Shown: piece by piece, positions 42,914 to 52,697 of the stretch
Position numbering within the stretch: position 1 is the stretch's first letter
Layout: each line of letters opens with the position of its first letter
From: Clostridiales bacterium
Lineage (GTDB): Bacteria; Bacillota; Clostridia; Acetivibrionales; RGIG10202
DNA: 64,000 nucleotides
Reading direction: 5' to 3'
NCBI GenBank assembly: GCA_017961515.1
Contig: JAGCXC010000092.1
Location: forward strand, 15,626 to 79,625
Program-made: the position numbers and the translations under genes
The notes under the pieces: model-generated
The model's database searches: none
What the model was told of the DNA's origin: nothing
The model's input: the letters and a program-made list of their open reading frames with translations, nothing else

Positions 42914-44266
42914 ATGAAACAATATAACTACAAAAATTTTTATTATGAAAATTATACAATAGAAACTTTAGACAATATCATCAAAATATCTTTCGAATTC
43001 AGTATAGAAGGATTAACAAAATTTAATCCTTCACTAACTATAGATAAGAAAAAATTTAAATTTTTTAATAACTTAAATAATAGCACCGCTAAAAGAATCG
43101 TTTTTTGCATGGGGATGGTAGAACTTATAAGCTACTGGAAATGCGTTTGTCCACCAAATATATTTATAAATTGCGCTTATATTGATCAAGAAGAAATCCT
43201 TTGGTGGAAAAAGTTATATTTCCTAGGACTTGGGGAATTCTTTTACACAAATAGTATAACCCCCAAATTCGACTCATTTGTAAATATAATTTGCACTAGT
43301 AAGGACACTTTCGATATTAATGATTATTCCTTCAACAAAAATGATACTTATTCCAACTTAATTCCTGTTGGAGGTGGCAAAGACTCTATTGTGACATTGG
43401 AATTATTAAAGTCGCTAAAAGATAAAAACCTACCTCTTATTATTAATCCTCGTGGAGCTTCAATCGAGAGTGCACATATAGCTGGATATACAAACGACAA
43501 GATATTTACTATATCGAGAGCTATTGATCCTAATTTGCTTTCGTTAAATAAAAAAGGTTTCTTGAATGGGCACACTCCATTTTCTGCTATGTTAGGATTT
43601 ACATCTTTGTTGGTAGGCTATATTATGGGAATAACCAATATTGTCTTGTCAAATGAATCTAGTGCCAATGAGTCTAATATACAAGGTACTAATATAAATC
43701 ATCAATACTCTAAAAGTCTTGAGTTTGAGTTAGACTTTTCTAATTACATAAAAAAATATATCTCTTGTGATATAAATTACTTTAGTCTTTTACGTCCATT
43801 CTCTGAGATAAAAATTGCACAGCTTTTCTCAAAGCACAAGAAATACTATAGTGTATTTAAAAGCTGTAATGTTGGTAGTAAAAAAGATATTTGGTGCGGT
43901 AATTGTCCTAAATGTATGTTTGTTTATATTATCATGTTACCTTTTATGGAACTATCTGATTTGAAAACAATTTTTGGGAAAGATATGCTTGATGATTACA
44001 ACCTATTATCAATATTTCGTGGGCTAATTGGTATGGACCCAGTAAAACCTTTTGAATGTGTTGGAACTATTGAGGAAGTAAATCTTGCACTAAATCTTGC
44101 ATATGATAGACATTACAAAGATTCTAATCTTCCTATTTTGCTTGATTACTATATAAAAAATTACACTGGTAACAAATATATAAATAGTACTTCATTGATT
44201 AGTTTTAATGAAAATAACATACCAGATAATCTATTAAGAATTGTAGGTGACTTACAACATGATTAA
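42914..44266 (+). CDS. PP-loop ATPase-like protein, candidate UDP-MurNAc-L-Ala-L-Glu epimerase (MurL-like)
   Basis: 450 aa. RBS GAAAGGA. PP-loop-like LIPVGGGKDSIVTLELL. Its stop overlaps the start of a MurD2-type ligase as ATGATTAA. The size and pairing match the MurD2-MurL system described in Xanthomonas. The family assignment was not verified by any alignment. Confidence 0.5.
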   Translation: MKQYNYKNFYYENYTIETLDNIIKISFEFSIEGLTKFNPSLTIDKKKFKFFNNLNNSTAKRIVFCMGMVELISYWKCVCPPNIFINCAYIDQEEILWWKKLYFLGLGEFFYTNSITPKFDSFVNIICTSKDTFDINDYSFNKNDTYSNLIPVGGGKDSIVTLELLKSLKDKNLPLIINPRGASIESAHIAGYTNDKIFTISRAIDPNLLSLNKKGFLNGHTPFSAMLGFTSLLVGYIMGITNIVLSNESSANESNIQGTNINHQYSKSLEFELDFSNYIKKYISCDINYFSLLRPFSEIKIAQLFSKHKKYYSVFKSCNVGSKKDIWCGNCPKCMFVYIIMLPFMELSDLKTIFGKDMLDDYNLLSIFRGLIGMDPVKPFECVGTIEEVNLALNLAYDRHYKDSNLPILLDYYIKNYTGNKYINSTSLISFNENNIPDNLLRIVGDLQHD

Positions 44267-45614
44267 TGCCATTGTTTCACATTTGCAAAATAAAAAAATT
44301 TTGATTCTAGGTTTTGGTAGAGAAGGACGTTCATCTTTCTCTTTTATAAAGAAATATTTAAATACTGCAAACGTTTGTATTGCTGATAAAAATAAGGTTG
44401 ATATATCAACCGATGATAACGTACGTGTTATTAGTGATGAGGACTATCTTAACTCTTTAAATGAGTTTGACATAATACTAAAAAGTCCTGGCATATCTTT
44501 AAAAAATGTTGACGTTGACACAAGTAAAATATCTTCCCAGCTTGATCTTTTCTTGCGTTATAGTTCTATAACTACAATTGGAATTACAGGTACCAAAGGA
44601 AAAACTACAACATCTACGTTGATATACAATATTTTAAAAAAAGCAAACAAATCTTGCTTTTTACTTGGAAATATTGGTGTTCCAGTGTTTGAATGTCTTG
44701 AAAATATTACAAATGATTCTATCGCTGTTGTTGAAATGTCTTCACATCAACTTGAATTTATGACTCATTCACCCAATATAGCTATATTGACCAATTTATA
44801 TCCAGAGCACCTGGATCACTATCTTAGCTATCAACATTATATAAATGCTAAGCTAAATATTTTTAAGTTTCAGAAAAACAATGCTTATTCCATATTTGGA
44901 TTAGATCAACCTCAATATACTGCAAAGATAAAATCTTGTATATGCTCAAATGAAATAGCTATTAGCTTAAATCACGCAAAAAATGCTTCATTGTATCTAG
45001 ACAAGAATTTTGTTATAACTACTCCTACATACAAATCAAACATATGTGTAAAAAATTTAAATAAACATCTTTTGGGCAATCATCATTTTTATGATATTAT
45101 GTTTGCATTCGCTGCATGTAAAGCATTAAATATAGATGATAATTATATTATATTAAGCTTAAAAGAATTTGCAGGTATACCTCATCGTATGGAATACGTA
45201 GGGTGTTTTAATGGAATTCATTTTTATAATGATTCAATTGCTACAATACCTGCTGCAGTTATTAATGCTGTCAACACACTTAATAAAGTAAATACTTTAA
45301 TTATTGGTGGTATGGATCGAGGAATAAGTTACACGGATTTTGCGCAATTTCTTATAGATTCTAACATTGAACACATAATTTGTTTATATGAAACTGGTAA
45401 AAAAATTGCCAAAATGATACTAAATACAGATCCTACCTTATCCTCTAGAGTATTTATAGTAGAAACGTTGACCGATGCTGTAGATATGGCATTTGCCAAA
45501 ACAAAAAAAGATAGTATTTGTTTATTGTCTCCAGCAGCTGCGAGTTATGGATATTTTAAAAATTTTGAGGATAGAGGCAACACATTTAAAAAGTTAATAC
45601 ACGAACACATTTAA
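44259..45614 (+). CDS. murD2: MurD-family ligase, MurD2 subtype candidate (UDP-MurNAc-L-Ala--L-Glu ligase)
   Basis: Start set at ATG 44259, 9 nt after AGGTGA. ILILGFGREGRSS, where canonical MurD has GLG.SG. GITGTKGKTTTSTL P-loop. A C-terminal Mur ligase domain (IPHRMEYV, IIGGMDRG). Confidence 0.7.
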   Translation: MINAIVSHLQNKKILILGFGREGRSSFSFIKKYLNTANVCIADKNKVDISTDDNVRVISDEDYLNSLNEFDIILKSPGISLKNVDVDTSKISSQLDLFLRYSSITTIGITGTKGKTTTSTLIYNILKKANKSCFLLGNIGVPVFECLENITNDSIAVVEMSSHQLEFMTHSPNIAILTNLYPEHLDHYLSYQHYINAKLNIFKFQKNNAYSIFGLDQPQYTAKIKSCICSNEIAISLNHAKNASLYLDKNFVITTPTYKSNICVKNLNKHLLGNHHFYDIMFAFAACKALNIDDNYIILSLKEFAGIPHRMEYVGCFNGIHFYNDSIATIPAAVINAVNTLNKVNTLIIGGMDRGISYTDFAQFLIDSNIEHIICLYETGKKIAKMILNTDPTLSSRVFIVETLTDAVDMAFAKTKKDSICLLSPAAASYGYFKNFEDRGNTFKKLIHEHI

Positions 45615-45621
45615 ATCTAAT

Positions 45622-45660
45622 AAAAAGAGCATTTAAATTAATGTGCTCTTTTTTTATTTT
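45622..45660 (+). terminator. rho-independent terminator of the murD2 operon
   Basis: AAAAAGAGCA-N12-TGCTCTTTTTTT. Confidence 0.7.
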
Positions 45661-45696
45661 ATTATTTTTAAATCAAAATTAGGTTTACATCATCAT

Positions 45697-45741
45697 AAAA
45701 AAAATAAGCGCCCTCCCTTGACCTATGTCATTGCAGGGCGC
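45697..45741 (-). terminator. rho-independent terminator after the 459-aa secreted protein gene
   Basis: Minus strand GCGCCCT-N20-AGGGCGC followed by TTATTTTTTTT. Confidence 0.7.
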
Positions 45742-45756
45742 ATTAATATTTACTTT

Positions 45757-47136
45757 CTATCCTTTTAACCTAGCCAAAAAATCACTTGTAAATAAATTTT
45801 TATTTTTTTCAATATTTACTTTGTGTACAGCCTTACCTACTTCTGGATGTGACCCATCAAATACATCTAATACAAACACTAAATTTTCACCATCTACGTA
45901 AAAATTAACTTTGTTTAATATATCTGCATCTTTAAATTCTAAATTGGCACTAGTTGAACCAAAATCTGCTCTTACACTTTTGCTATCACCAGAATCATTT
46001 CTATAGCAAGCTACTACAAATTTTTGTATAACTCCATCTGGTCCTTTTAATATATCATTTAATGATAACTTCTCTCCTGTTGCCTTATTAAAAACTTCAG
46101 CACAAGCTTTGTATTGCATATTGCTTCCATTCATACCTTGTCTAGTAAGTACATTTCTTTCTCTTAACACCGATAGAATGTCATTCTTGTCACACTCAAC
46201 AACATAGTCACTAACTGCATGATAATAATTACAATTCTTAAGTAATTTTTCTAGCTCTTTATACTCATCATTCAAAACTTTTTTAAAATGCGTATTTATC
46301 TTAGCCTCTCCATTTGTTGGACATCCTATATGTGGCACTTCTACAGAAAAACCTTGATTAGATGATCCCATCTTTACATCTCTTTTTGTGTATTTCTTAG
46401 ATATGCCGTATAAACCACTTTTTTCCCAGCATATATTATCAAAAATCAAAAAGTATTTATCCCCAAGCTTTACTGTACTTAACTTATATCTGTAATTTAA
46501 CTTAGCACCTCTTTTTGATACTAATTGCACATATGCATTGTTATCTTGTCTTTCTACTACAAACTTTATTTCCTCTCCATTAACTCCAATCTTAAAACTA
46601 CCTGTGTAATCGTCATTTATTTTAAGAGTACTCAATCTTTTTATCAAATCCTCACTATAAATGCTACTAATGGAATTTCTATCTTCATATTTTATTATAT
46701 TCATATTTTTCTTTAAACGATACTCACCAATATATATATCATCTAAAGTTTTCTGCTTTGCTCCTTCTTCATTGCACTCATGTAGGCAAATATCTCCTTT
46801 TTCCATAACAACTTCTTCTACTGATTTAATAGCTGAACTTGATCCTACAGAGCTTCCTCTTCTTGATCTTTTTGTCTTTTTCTTATCTTCTTGAACCGCT
46901 ACATTTGATCCTGATTTATTTCCTTTTTTAGATTCTACATTATTAGTTTTTGCTGCATCCTGTGCCTTCTTAGCTTTCTTTGCTTCCCTAACGCTAGGAG
47001 AATAAAAATACTCCCATGGCTTCCAAGCAGTAATTCTAGACTTTAAAGACTCCTTACCTTCTGCAAATACATTTACTGATCCTATTGATACAATCGCAGC
47101 AACTACTACTGCAATCACTCTAAGATTTTTTTTCAT
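45757..47136 (-). CDS. secreted protein with a DUF4163/DUF3298-like C-terminal module
   Basis: 459 aa. Signal peptide MKKNLRVIAVVVAAIVSIGSVNVFAEG, a basic low-complexity linker, then VEVPHIG...GEAKINTHFKKVL...ATGEKLSLNDILKG. The domain naming is tentative. Confidence 0.6.
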   Translation of the reverse strand: MKKNLRVIAVVVAAIVSIGSVNVFAEGKESLKSRITAWKPWEYFYSPSVREAKKAKKAQDAAKTNNVESKKGNKSGSNVAVQEDKKKTKRSRRGSSVGSSSAIKSVEEVVMEKGDICLHECNEEGAKQKTLDDIYIGEYRLKKNMNIIKYEDRNSISSIYSEDLIKRLSTLKINDDYTGSFKIGVNGEEIKFVVERQDNNAYVQLVSKRGAKLNYRYKLSTVKLGDKYFLIFDNICWEKSGLYGISKKYTKRDVKMGSSNQGFSVEVPHIGCPTNGEAKINTHFKKVLNDEYKELEKLLKNCNYYHAVSDYVVECDKNDILSVLRERNVLTRQGMNGSNMQYKACAEVFNKATGEKLSLNDILKGPDGVIQKFVVACYRNDSGDSKSVRADFGSTSANLEFKDADILNKVNFYVDGENLVFVLDVFDGSHPEVGKAVHKVNIEKNKNLFTSDFLARLKG

Positions 47137-47157
47137 AATAATACACCCTTCCTTATC

Positions 47158-48981
47158 TTACTGTATTCCCTTACTATCTAGTAATTTAAATACACTATAT
47201 CCGTCTGTCACCATTCTCCAGCAGCTATTTCCTTTTTGAGCATCAACTATATTTTCATGCACACACAAATACTTATTTTGATTAGTTTCTTTTACCTCAA
47301 CTAAAAACTTTTCATTTTGCATCTCCATATAAGTCTTACCATCTTCATTAATTAATCTAAAAGGAACTTCTTTTCCTTTACCACAAGCCACGTAGTAAAT
47401 TCCAGTGCCATCCTTTCTTATTAACATCTTGCTTCCCAATTTACGACATACTCTTCCCCAATTACTAATATCAGTAACGTTGTCATCTATTTCAAAACAA
47501 CCTACTGCAGATACTGTACCGTCATTATTGGCCTTTAACTCACCTTGAACCTTACCTTTACACTTATATAAAGATCCATCTACTTTGCTCACCGCAATCT
47601 TATAATCAACTGTACCCTCTAAATCTTTAACATTAACCAAACTGTACACATGATCATTTTCATCATTTTTCATATATCCACACAAATCGTATGTATATTC
47701 TTCATTATTAACTGCAGATCTAACTTTGTTTAGTGCCATTCTATCACTTAGCACATCACTAACATTAGCTTTACTTAGCACTGTATACAATCTGTCTTTT
47801 CTGTTTAGCATATAAACTTTCTCAAGATTCTTGTCTACAGCAACTATTTCATTACCTGATCTTTCTTGGAAAACGTAACACTCGTCACCTTCGATAATCG
47901 ACTTATCTATAAATCTTATAGATTTTCCAACGTATTCTCTTGCAACTTCTTTTGTCAAAACTTCTTGGCCAAAATTGAAAACGTTCTGTAAGTTTTTCTT
48001 GAATTTACTTCTGTTCCCCGAAATATTAATTCTATGTTCCAAAACATCCGCATTCTTGTTCACTAATAGAACTACCCCTTTATCATCTACATAAAACTCA
48101 ATATCTTTTGAAGTAATATTTGTGTTTTTACAACATTTTCTCATTGTATCTACCTTGAATTTTTCTACTTCCTTTGGTGTTCCTTTTAAAATATTGTTTA
48201 AAACTAGTTTATCTCCTGTATTCATGTCAAATACATCACATTTTACAGTAACATTTGACTTGTTTCTATGTATTGTCGCTATTGATAATACATCATTTGC
48301 ATTATATGTCACAAAGAAACTATCTTCATACCTAACTTCCTTACCCATACGATTTAATAAATCCGATGGTAAAAGTTTTTTATATTCATCAAAAGATACT
48401 CTAGCGACATCTCTGTAATAATTATTTATTTTTTCTAAGCCTTCTTTATTTTGTGAATTTTCTACTTGAGGTACCTCTACACTGACACTTGCTAGAACTT
48501 TTCCTGAATTGTCTTTATGATTATAGACCTTTTTAATTGGAACTATTTTTAACCAATTCTCATTTTTGTAATTATCTCTTGTAAAAGTTAAACCATCCTT
48601 ACTATTATGTACTTTTAGGCCTAACCCCTTCTCTATTGCGTCTAACGAAACATATGTTTTTCCATCTAAAATTTTAGGTGCAACATTAATTTTTTTCAAA
48701 ACATTATCACTAATAACACTTTTTCTATCAATTTTGTAAACCGCACCTTTAAAATCCTTGGCAACTTTTATTTCCTTTGTTGATGCATACCATGACACAT
48801 CATAATCCATAAATTCTACCACTTCTCTTAATGGAACTAACACTATGCCATTCTCTACTCTCTTCAATACATTAAGTGATTTCGTTTCTGATAATACAGT
48901 TGCATCTGCTGCAAATGCACTACTAACTCCTGACAAAAACACTACCATTGCACACAACAAATTTCCAAAAATTCTTTTCAT
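47158..48981 (-). CDS. secreted protein: copper-amine-oxidase-N-terminal-like domain plus a DUF4163/DUF3298-like module plus an unknown C-terminus
   Basis: 607 aa. Signal peptide ...SGVSSAFA. VLVPLREVVEFMDYDVSWYASTKEIKV...DGKTYVSLDAIEKGLGLKV. Then VEVPQVEN...LEKINNYYRDVA...NTGDKLVLNNILKG, which is paralogous to the downstream gene. Confidence 0.6.
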   Translation of the reverse strand: MKRIFGNLLCAMVVFLSGVSSAFAADATVLSETKSLNVLKRVENGIVLVPLREVVEFMDYDVSWYASTKEIKVAKDFKGAVYKIDRKSVISDNVLKKINVAPKILDGKTYVSLDAIEKGLGLKVHNSKDGLTFTRDNYKNENWLKIVPIKKVYNHKDNSGKVLASVSVEVPQVENSQNKEGLEKINNYYRDVARVSFDEYKKLLPSDLLNRMGKEVRYEDSFFVTYNANDVLSIATIHRNKSNVTVKCDVFDMNTGDKLVLNNILKGTPKEVEKFKVDTMRKCCKNTNITSKDIEFYVDDKGVVLLVNKNADVLEHRINISGNRSKFKKNLQNVFNFGQEVLTKEVAREYVGKSIRFIDKSIIEGDECYVFQERSGNEIVAVDKNLEKVYMLNRKDRLYTVLSKANVSDVLSDRMALNKVRSAVNNEEYTYDLCGYMKNDENDHVYSLVNVKDLEGTVDYKIAVSKVDGSLYKCKGKVQGELKANNDGTVSAVGCFEIDDNVTDISNWGRVCRKLGSKMLIRKDGTGIYYVACGKGKEVPFRLINEDGKTYMEMQNEKFLVEVKETNQNKYLCVHENIVDAQKGNSCWRMVTDGYSVFKLLDSKGIQ

Positions 48982-49157
48982 AATCTTACCCCCTACTTAC
49001 TTACCATTCTGCAACAGCTATATTATCACACTTTATTTAAAAAGTAAATACGCATTTTTTAACAAAATTGCAAAACAGGTTCGCAAAAACCCTTCCATCA
49101 CATTTTTCATGTTCTTACCATCGAGAGTTTTTGCTAGTATGTAGTATAACTTTCTAT

Positions 49158-49805
49158 CTACTTCTTCTTAAATATATGATCCTTATCTCCGTACTTTAAA
49201 ATACCATTTATTTTATCTACTAACATAGAATAGGCCACATGGTTTAGCCCACCCTCTGGAATAATTATGTCTGCGTATTTTTTACTAGGTTCAACAAATG
49301 CTTCATGCATAGGTTTTACTGTACGCAAATACTGGTTTACAATACTGTCCACACTTCGTCCTCTTTGGTGAATATCCCTAGTGATTCTTCTCGCAAATCT
49401 AATATCAGAATCGGTATCAACGTAAACCTTTATATCCATAAGACTTAACAACTGCTTAAACTCAAATATCAAAATTCCTTCTAATATAATTACACTTCTT
49501 GGCTCTTCTAGTACAGTATCTTCTAATCTATTATTCTCAATAAAGGAGTATACTGGCCTTTGTATTGGTTTAAAATTTATCAAACTGTTTAGATGATCAG
49601 CCAAAAGATCAATATCGAACGCCGAAGGATGATCAAAATTTAGTTTTCTTCTCTCATCATGTGTCAAATGAGAAAACGACCTATAATAATGATCTTGGCA
49701 TAACAATGTAACATCATTATAAAAATGCTCTTTAAGTTTTTTCGCAAGCGTCGTCTTACCTGAGCCTGATCCACCAGATATACCTATTACTACTGCTTTT
49801 TTCAC
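49158..49805 (-). CDS. udk: uridine kinase
   Basis: The track ORF extends to 49874, but GGGAGG lies 8 nt before GTG 49805, giving (M)KKAVVIGISGGSGSGKTT. DHYY and DHPSAFD motifs. Confidence 0.88.
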   Translation of the reverse strand: MKKAVVIGISGGSGSGKTTLAKKLKEHFYNDVTLLCQDHYYRSFSHLTHDERRKLNFDHPSAFDIDLLADHLNSLINFKPIQRPVYSFIENNRLEDTVLEEPRSVIILEGILIFEFKQLLSLMDIKVYVDTDSDIRFARRITRDIHQRGRSVDSIVNQYLRTVKPMHEAFVEPSKKYADIIIPEGGLNHVAYSMLVDKINGILKYGDKDHIFKKK

Positions 49806-49899
49806 AAAAAATGCCTCCCATGTATTAACTTTTTTATATCGCAAACCTCTATCTCGTGTGCAAACGCACCACACTCTAACAATCCTTATATCAAATTAG

Positions 49900-49928
49900 A
49901 TTTTATCATATTATTAAGCTTAATTCAA
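49900..49928 (-). promoter_or_regulatory. sigma-A-type promoter of udk
   Basis: Minus strand TTGAAT (49928-49923), 17-nt spacer, TAAAAT (49905-49900). Confidence 0.55.
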
Positions 49929-49987
49929 CTTAATTTGAAGACTTATTTTCACTATTTTTTTGTCAATTAATCTGAGGAGGTATTTTT

Positions 49988-52537
49988 TTATATCTTCTTA
50001 TGTGCGCCACTAGTTTTAACAAACATACTTGATATACCTGCACTGACAGGGCCTAAAAGTGAGAATCCCAACACTATACACCAGTCACTTGCACTCATAT
50101 ATACCGTTTTAAATATACTCTGCAAATTAGGTATATAAACCACAATCAACATCATTGCCATAGATATAAATATTGATAAAAGTAAAAATTTATTATTCAA
50201 CAAATTTATTTTTATAAAGCTCTTTTTCTCTGATTTACACTCTAAAACATGTATTAGTTGAGTAATGACTAATGTCATAAATGCTCCAGTCCTTGCTCTG
50301 TCTATATCATTCGTAATTGTTACTATAGTATAAAAAACTGCAAGTGTTGTAACTCCTATAATTAATCCTCTAACAAAAATCATTTTTAACAACCCATCCG
50401 AAAATATGTTTCTGCTATCTTTCTTTGGCGGACTGTTCATTATCCCCATCTCCATTGGTTCTAACCCCAACGCAATAGCAGGTAATCCATCTGTCGCTAA
50501 ATTTACCCACAATATCTGTATTGGAACTAATGGAAATGGTAACCCTGCCAATATTGCAAGAAACATACTAAGTACTTCTCCAATATTACAAGCTAGCATG
50601 TATCGTATAAATTTTCGTATATTGCTATAAATCACTCTTCCTTCTTCTACTGCATGCACTATTGTAGAAAAATTGTCATCCATTAATATCATAGATGCTG
50701 CTTCCTTTGACACATCTGTCCCTGTTATACCCATTGATATGCCTATATCGGCCTCTTTTATTGCTGGAGCATCGTTTACTCCATCTCCCGTCATCGCAAC
50801 AATTTCTCCTTTATTTTTTAGTGCACCAACTATCCTTAATTTATGTTTTGATGTTACTCTGGCAAATACTGCTATATGCTCTATTTTATTATCTAGTTCT
50901 TGTTCTGTAAGAGCATCCAACTCTTTACCTGATATCGCCAAATCATCTTTACCTAATATATTTACCTCTTTTGCTATTGCTATTGCCGTCTCTTTATTAT
51001 CTCCAGTAATCATTATTGTTCGTATTCCAGCATTTCTACACTCATTCACCGCCTCAAGCACTCCTTCTCTTGGTGGATCCATCATTGCCATCAATGCTAC
51101 AAATGTTAGATTCTTCTCATCTACACTGCCATCATAAGACTTACCATATGCAACCGCTATCACCCTTAGCGCATTGTTGGCCATCTTTTTATTCTCCATT
51201 AAAACCCTCGCCTTTATACTAGAAGTCAATGCTACCTCCTCTCCTTCTAATAATATCTTACTACTCTTATCTAATATTACTTCTGGGGCACCTTTAGTAT
51301 ATATCACATTGTCGTCGTATAAGACTGACATACATTTTCTTTCTGAACTAAATGGGATCTCTTTTATCCTATTCTTACTATTAATAAACGTATCATAATC
51401 ATTTAAAAATTTTTGATACACTTTGATTAACGCAATCTCTGTTGCATCGCCTATTAATTCATTGTTGCTTATCCTTACATTATTGCACAACACTCCTATC
51501 TTTAGTGCTTTAGATAATTTATTTATATCTATCCCTTTTACGCCATCAACATTAATACTTTTATTGTTTATGTAAATACGTCTTACATCCATCATATTCT
51601 TTGTGATAGTCCCTGTCTTATCTGAACAAATAACCGTCGCACATCCTAACGTCTCAACTGATGGCAACTTTTTAACTAGTGCACTCTTTTTTACCATCCT
51701 AGATACACCTATTGCTAATGCTATTGTAACTACAGCTGGCAATCCTTCTGGCACTGCTGCAACTGCTAACGTTATACCTGATATTAACATATCCATCACT
51801 GGCTCTCCTCTTAGTATTCCTGTTAGCGCTACAACCAAACATATTCCTACGCATATTAACACTATAAATTTTCCTAAACTCTCTAGCCTCTTTTGTAATG
51901 GAGTAAAGTCATCTTCTACATTCTGTATCATATTTGCAATTTTACCCATACTAGTCTCCATTCCAACCTTGTCTACCACAACCTTACCACAACCATTTTT
52001 GACAAGTGTACCCATATATACCCTACATACATCCTTATTCTTGTCATTTTTAGCAACTATTTTTTGTACTGCACATGATTCTCCACTCAACAAAGATTCA
52101 TCTACTTTTAAATCTGTTTCATCAATTATATATCCGTCGGCGGGAACTCTATCTCCAGCCTCCAACAATATTACATCTCCAACTACTACGTCTTGTGCAT
52201 CAATAACAATAACTTTACCATCTCGTATAACTGTCCCGTGCGGTGATGCAAGCTTACCTAACTTTTCTATCGTTCGCTCAGTTCTAAATTCCTGTATAAA
52301 TCCTAATATAGCATTCACCACAACGATACTTATTATAGTAACCCCTTCTAGTATATCCCCCATGAACAATGATATAGCTGTACTGGCTAACAATATCAAT
52401 ACCATAAAATCACCAAACTGATCTAAAAATATTTTTATGGGCGAGATTTTCTTCTTCATTTCAATCTTGTTCGCTCCATATCTATTGTAAGACATATAAA
52501 CTTCTTTGCTCGTTAATCCGTCTATCTTATTTATCAC
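49988..52537 (-). CDS. Ca2+-transporting P-type ATPase (type IIA, SERCA/YloB-like)
   Basis: 849 aa. GTG start with AGAGGGTG 8 nt upstream. TGES, PEGLP in TM4, DKTGTITKN, MITGDN and TGDGVNDAPAIKEADIG. Confidence 0.9.
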   Translation of the reverse strand: MINKIDGLTSKEVYMSYNRYGANKIEMKKKISPIKIFLDQFGDFMVLILLASTAISLFMGDILEGVTIISIVVVNAILGFIQEFRTERTIEKLGKLASPHGTVIRDGKVIVIDAQDVVVGDVILLEAGDRVPADGYIIDETDLKVDESLLSGESCAVQKIVAKNDKNKDVCRVYMGTLVKNGCGKVVVDKVGMETSMGKIANMIQNVEDDFTPLQKRLESLGKFIVLICVGICLVVALTGILRGEPVMDMLISGITLAVAAVPEGLPAVVTIALAIGVSRMVKKSALVKKLPSVETLGCATVICSDKTGTITKNMMDVRRIYINNKSINVDGVKGIDINKLSKALKIGVLCNNVRISNNELIGDATEIALIKVYQKFLNDYDTFINSKNRIKEIPFSSERKCMSVLYDDNVIYTKGAPEVILDKSSKILLEGEEVALTSSIKARVLMENKKMANNALRVIAVAYGKSYDGSVDEKNLTFVALMAMMDPPREGVLEAVNECRNAGIRTIMITGDNKETAIAIAKEVNILGKDDLAISGKELDALTEQELDNKIEHIAVFARVTSKHKLRIVGALKNKGEIVAMTGDGVNDAPAIKEADIGISMGITGTDVSKEAASMILMDDNFSTIVHAVEEGRVIYSNIRKFIRYMLACNIGEVLSMFLAILAGLPFPLVPIQILWVNLATDGLPAIALGLEPMEMGIMNSPPKKDSRNIFSDGLLKMIFVRGLIIGVTTLAVFYTIVTITNDIDRARTGAFMTLVITQLIHVLECKSEKKSFIKINLLNNKFLLLSIFISMAMMLIVVYIPNLQSIFKTVYMSASDWCIVLGFSLLGPVSAGISSMFVKTSGAHKKI

Positions 52538-52697
52538 TTTAGCTACACCCTCTTTTGCTTTGTTTTTTTTGACCTTGTCTTAGTATTATTCTTGTCTAAC
52601 ATCATTTATGACTAATTTTTCATTTAAGTTATGTAAACAAAATCATGTTATTATCATATAATTACTATAGATACTTTAAAGCTTAAGAGGTTATTAT

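Noticed and set aside
49806-49893. The udk leader contains a GC hairpin (GUGC-GUUU-GCAC) and AGAUAGAGGUUU, reminiscent of the PyrR binding loop (UCCAGAGAGGCU)
   Set aside because: The match is only partial, there is no terminator/antiterminator pair, and I know of no evidence that udk is a PyrR target. It is most likely coincidental.
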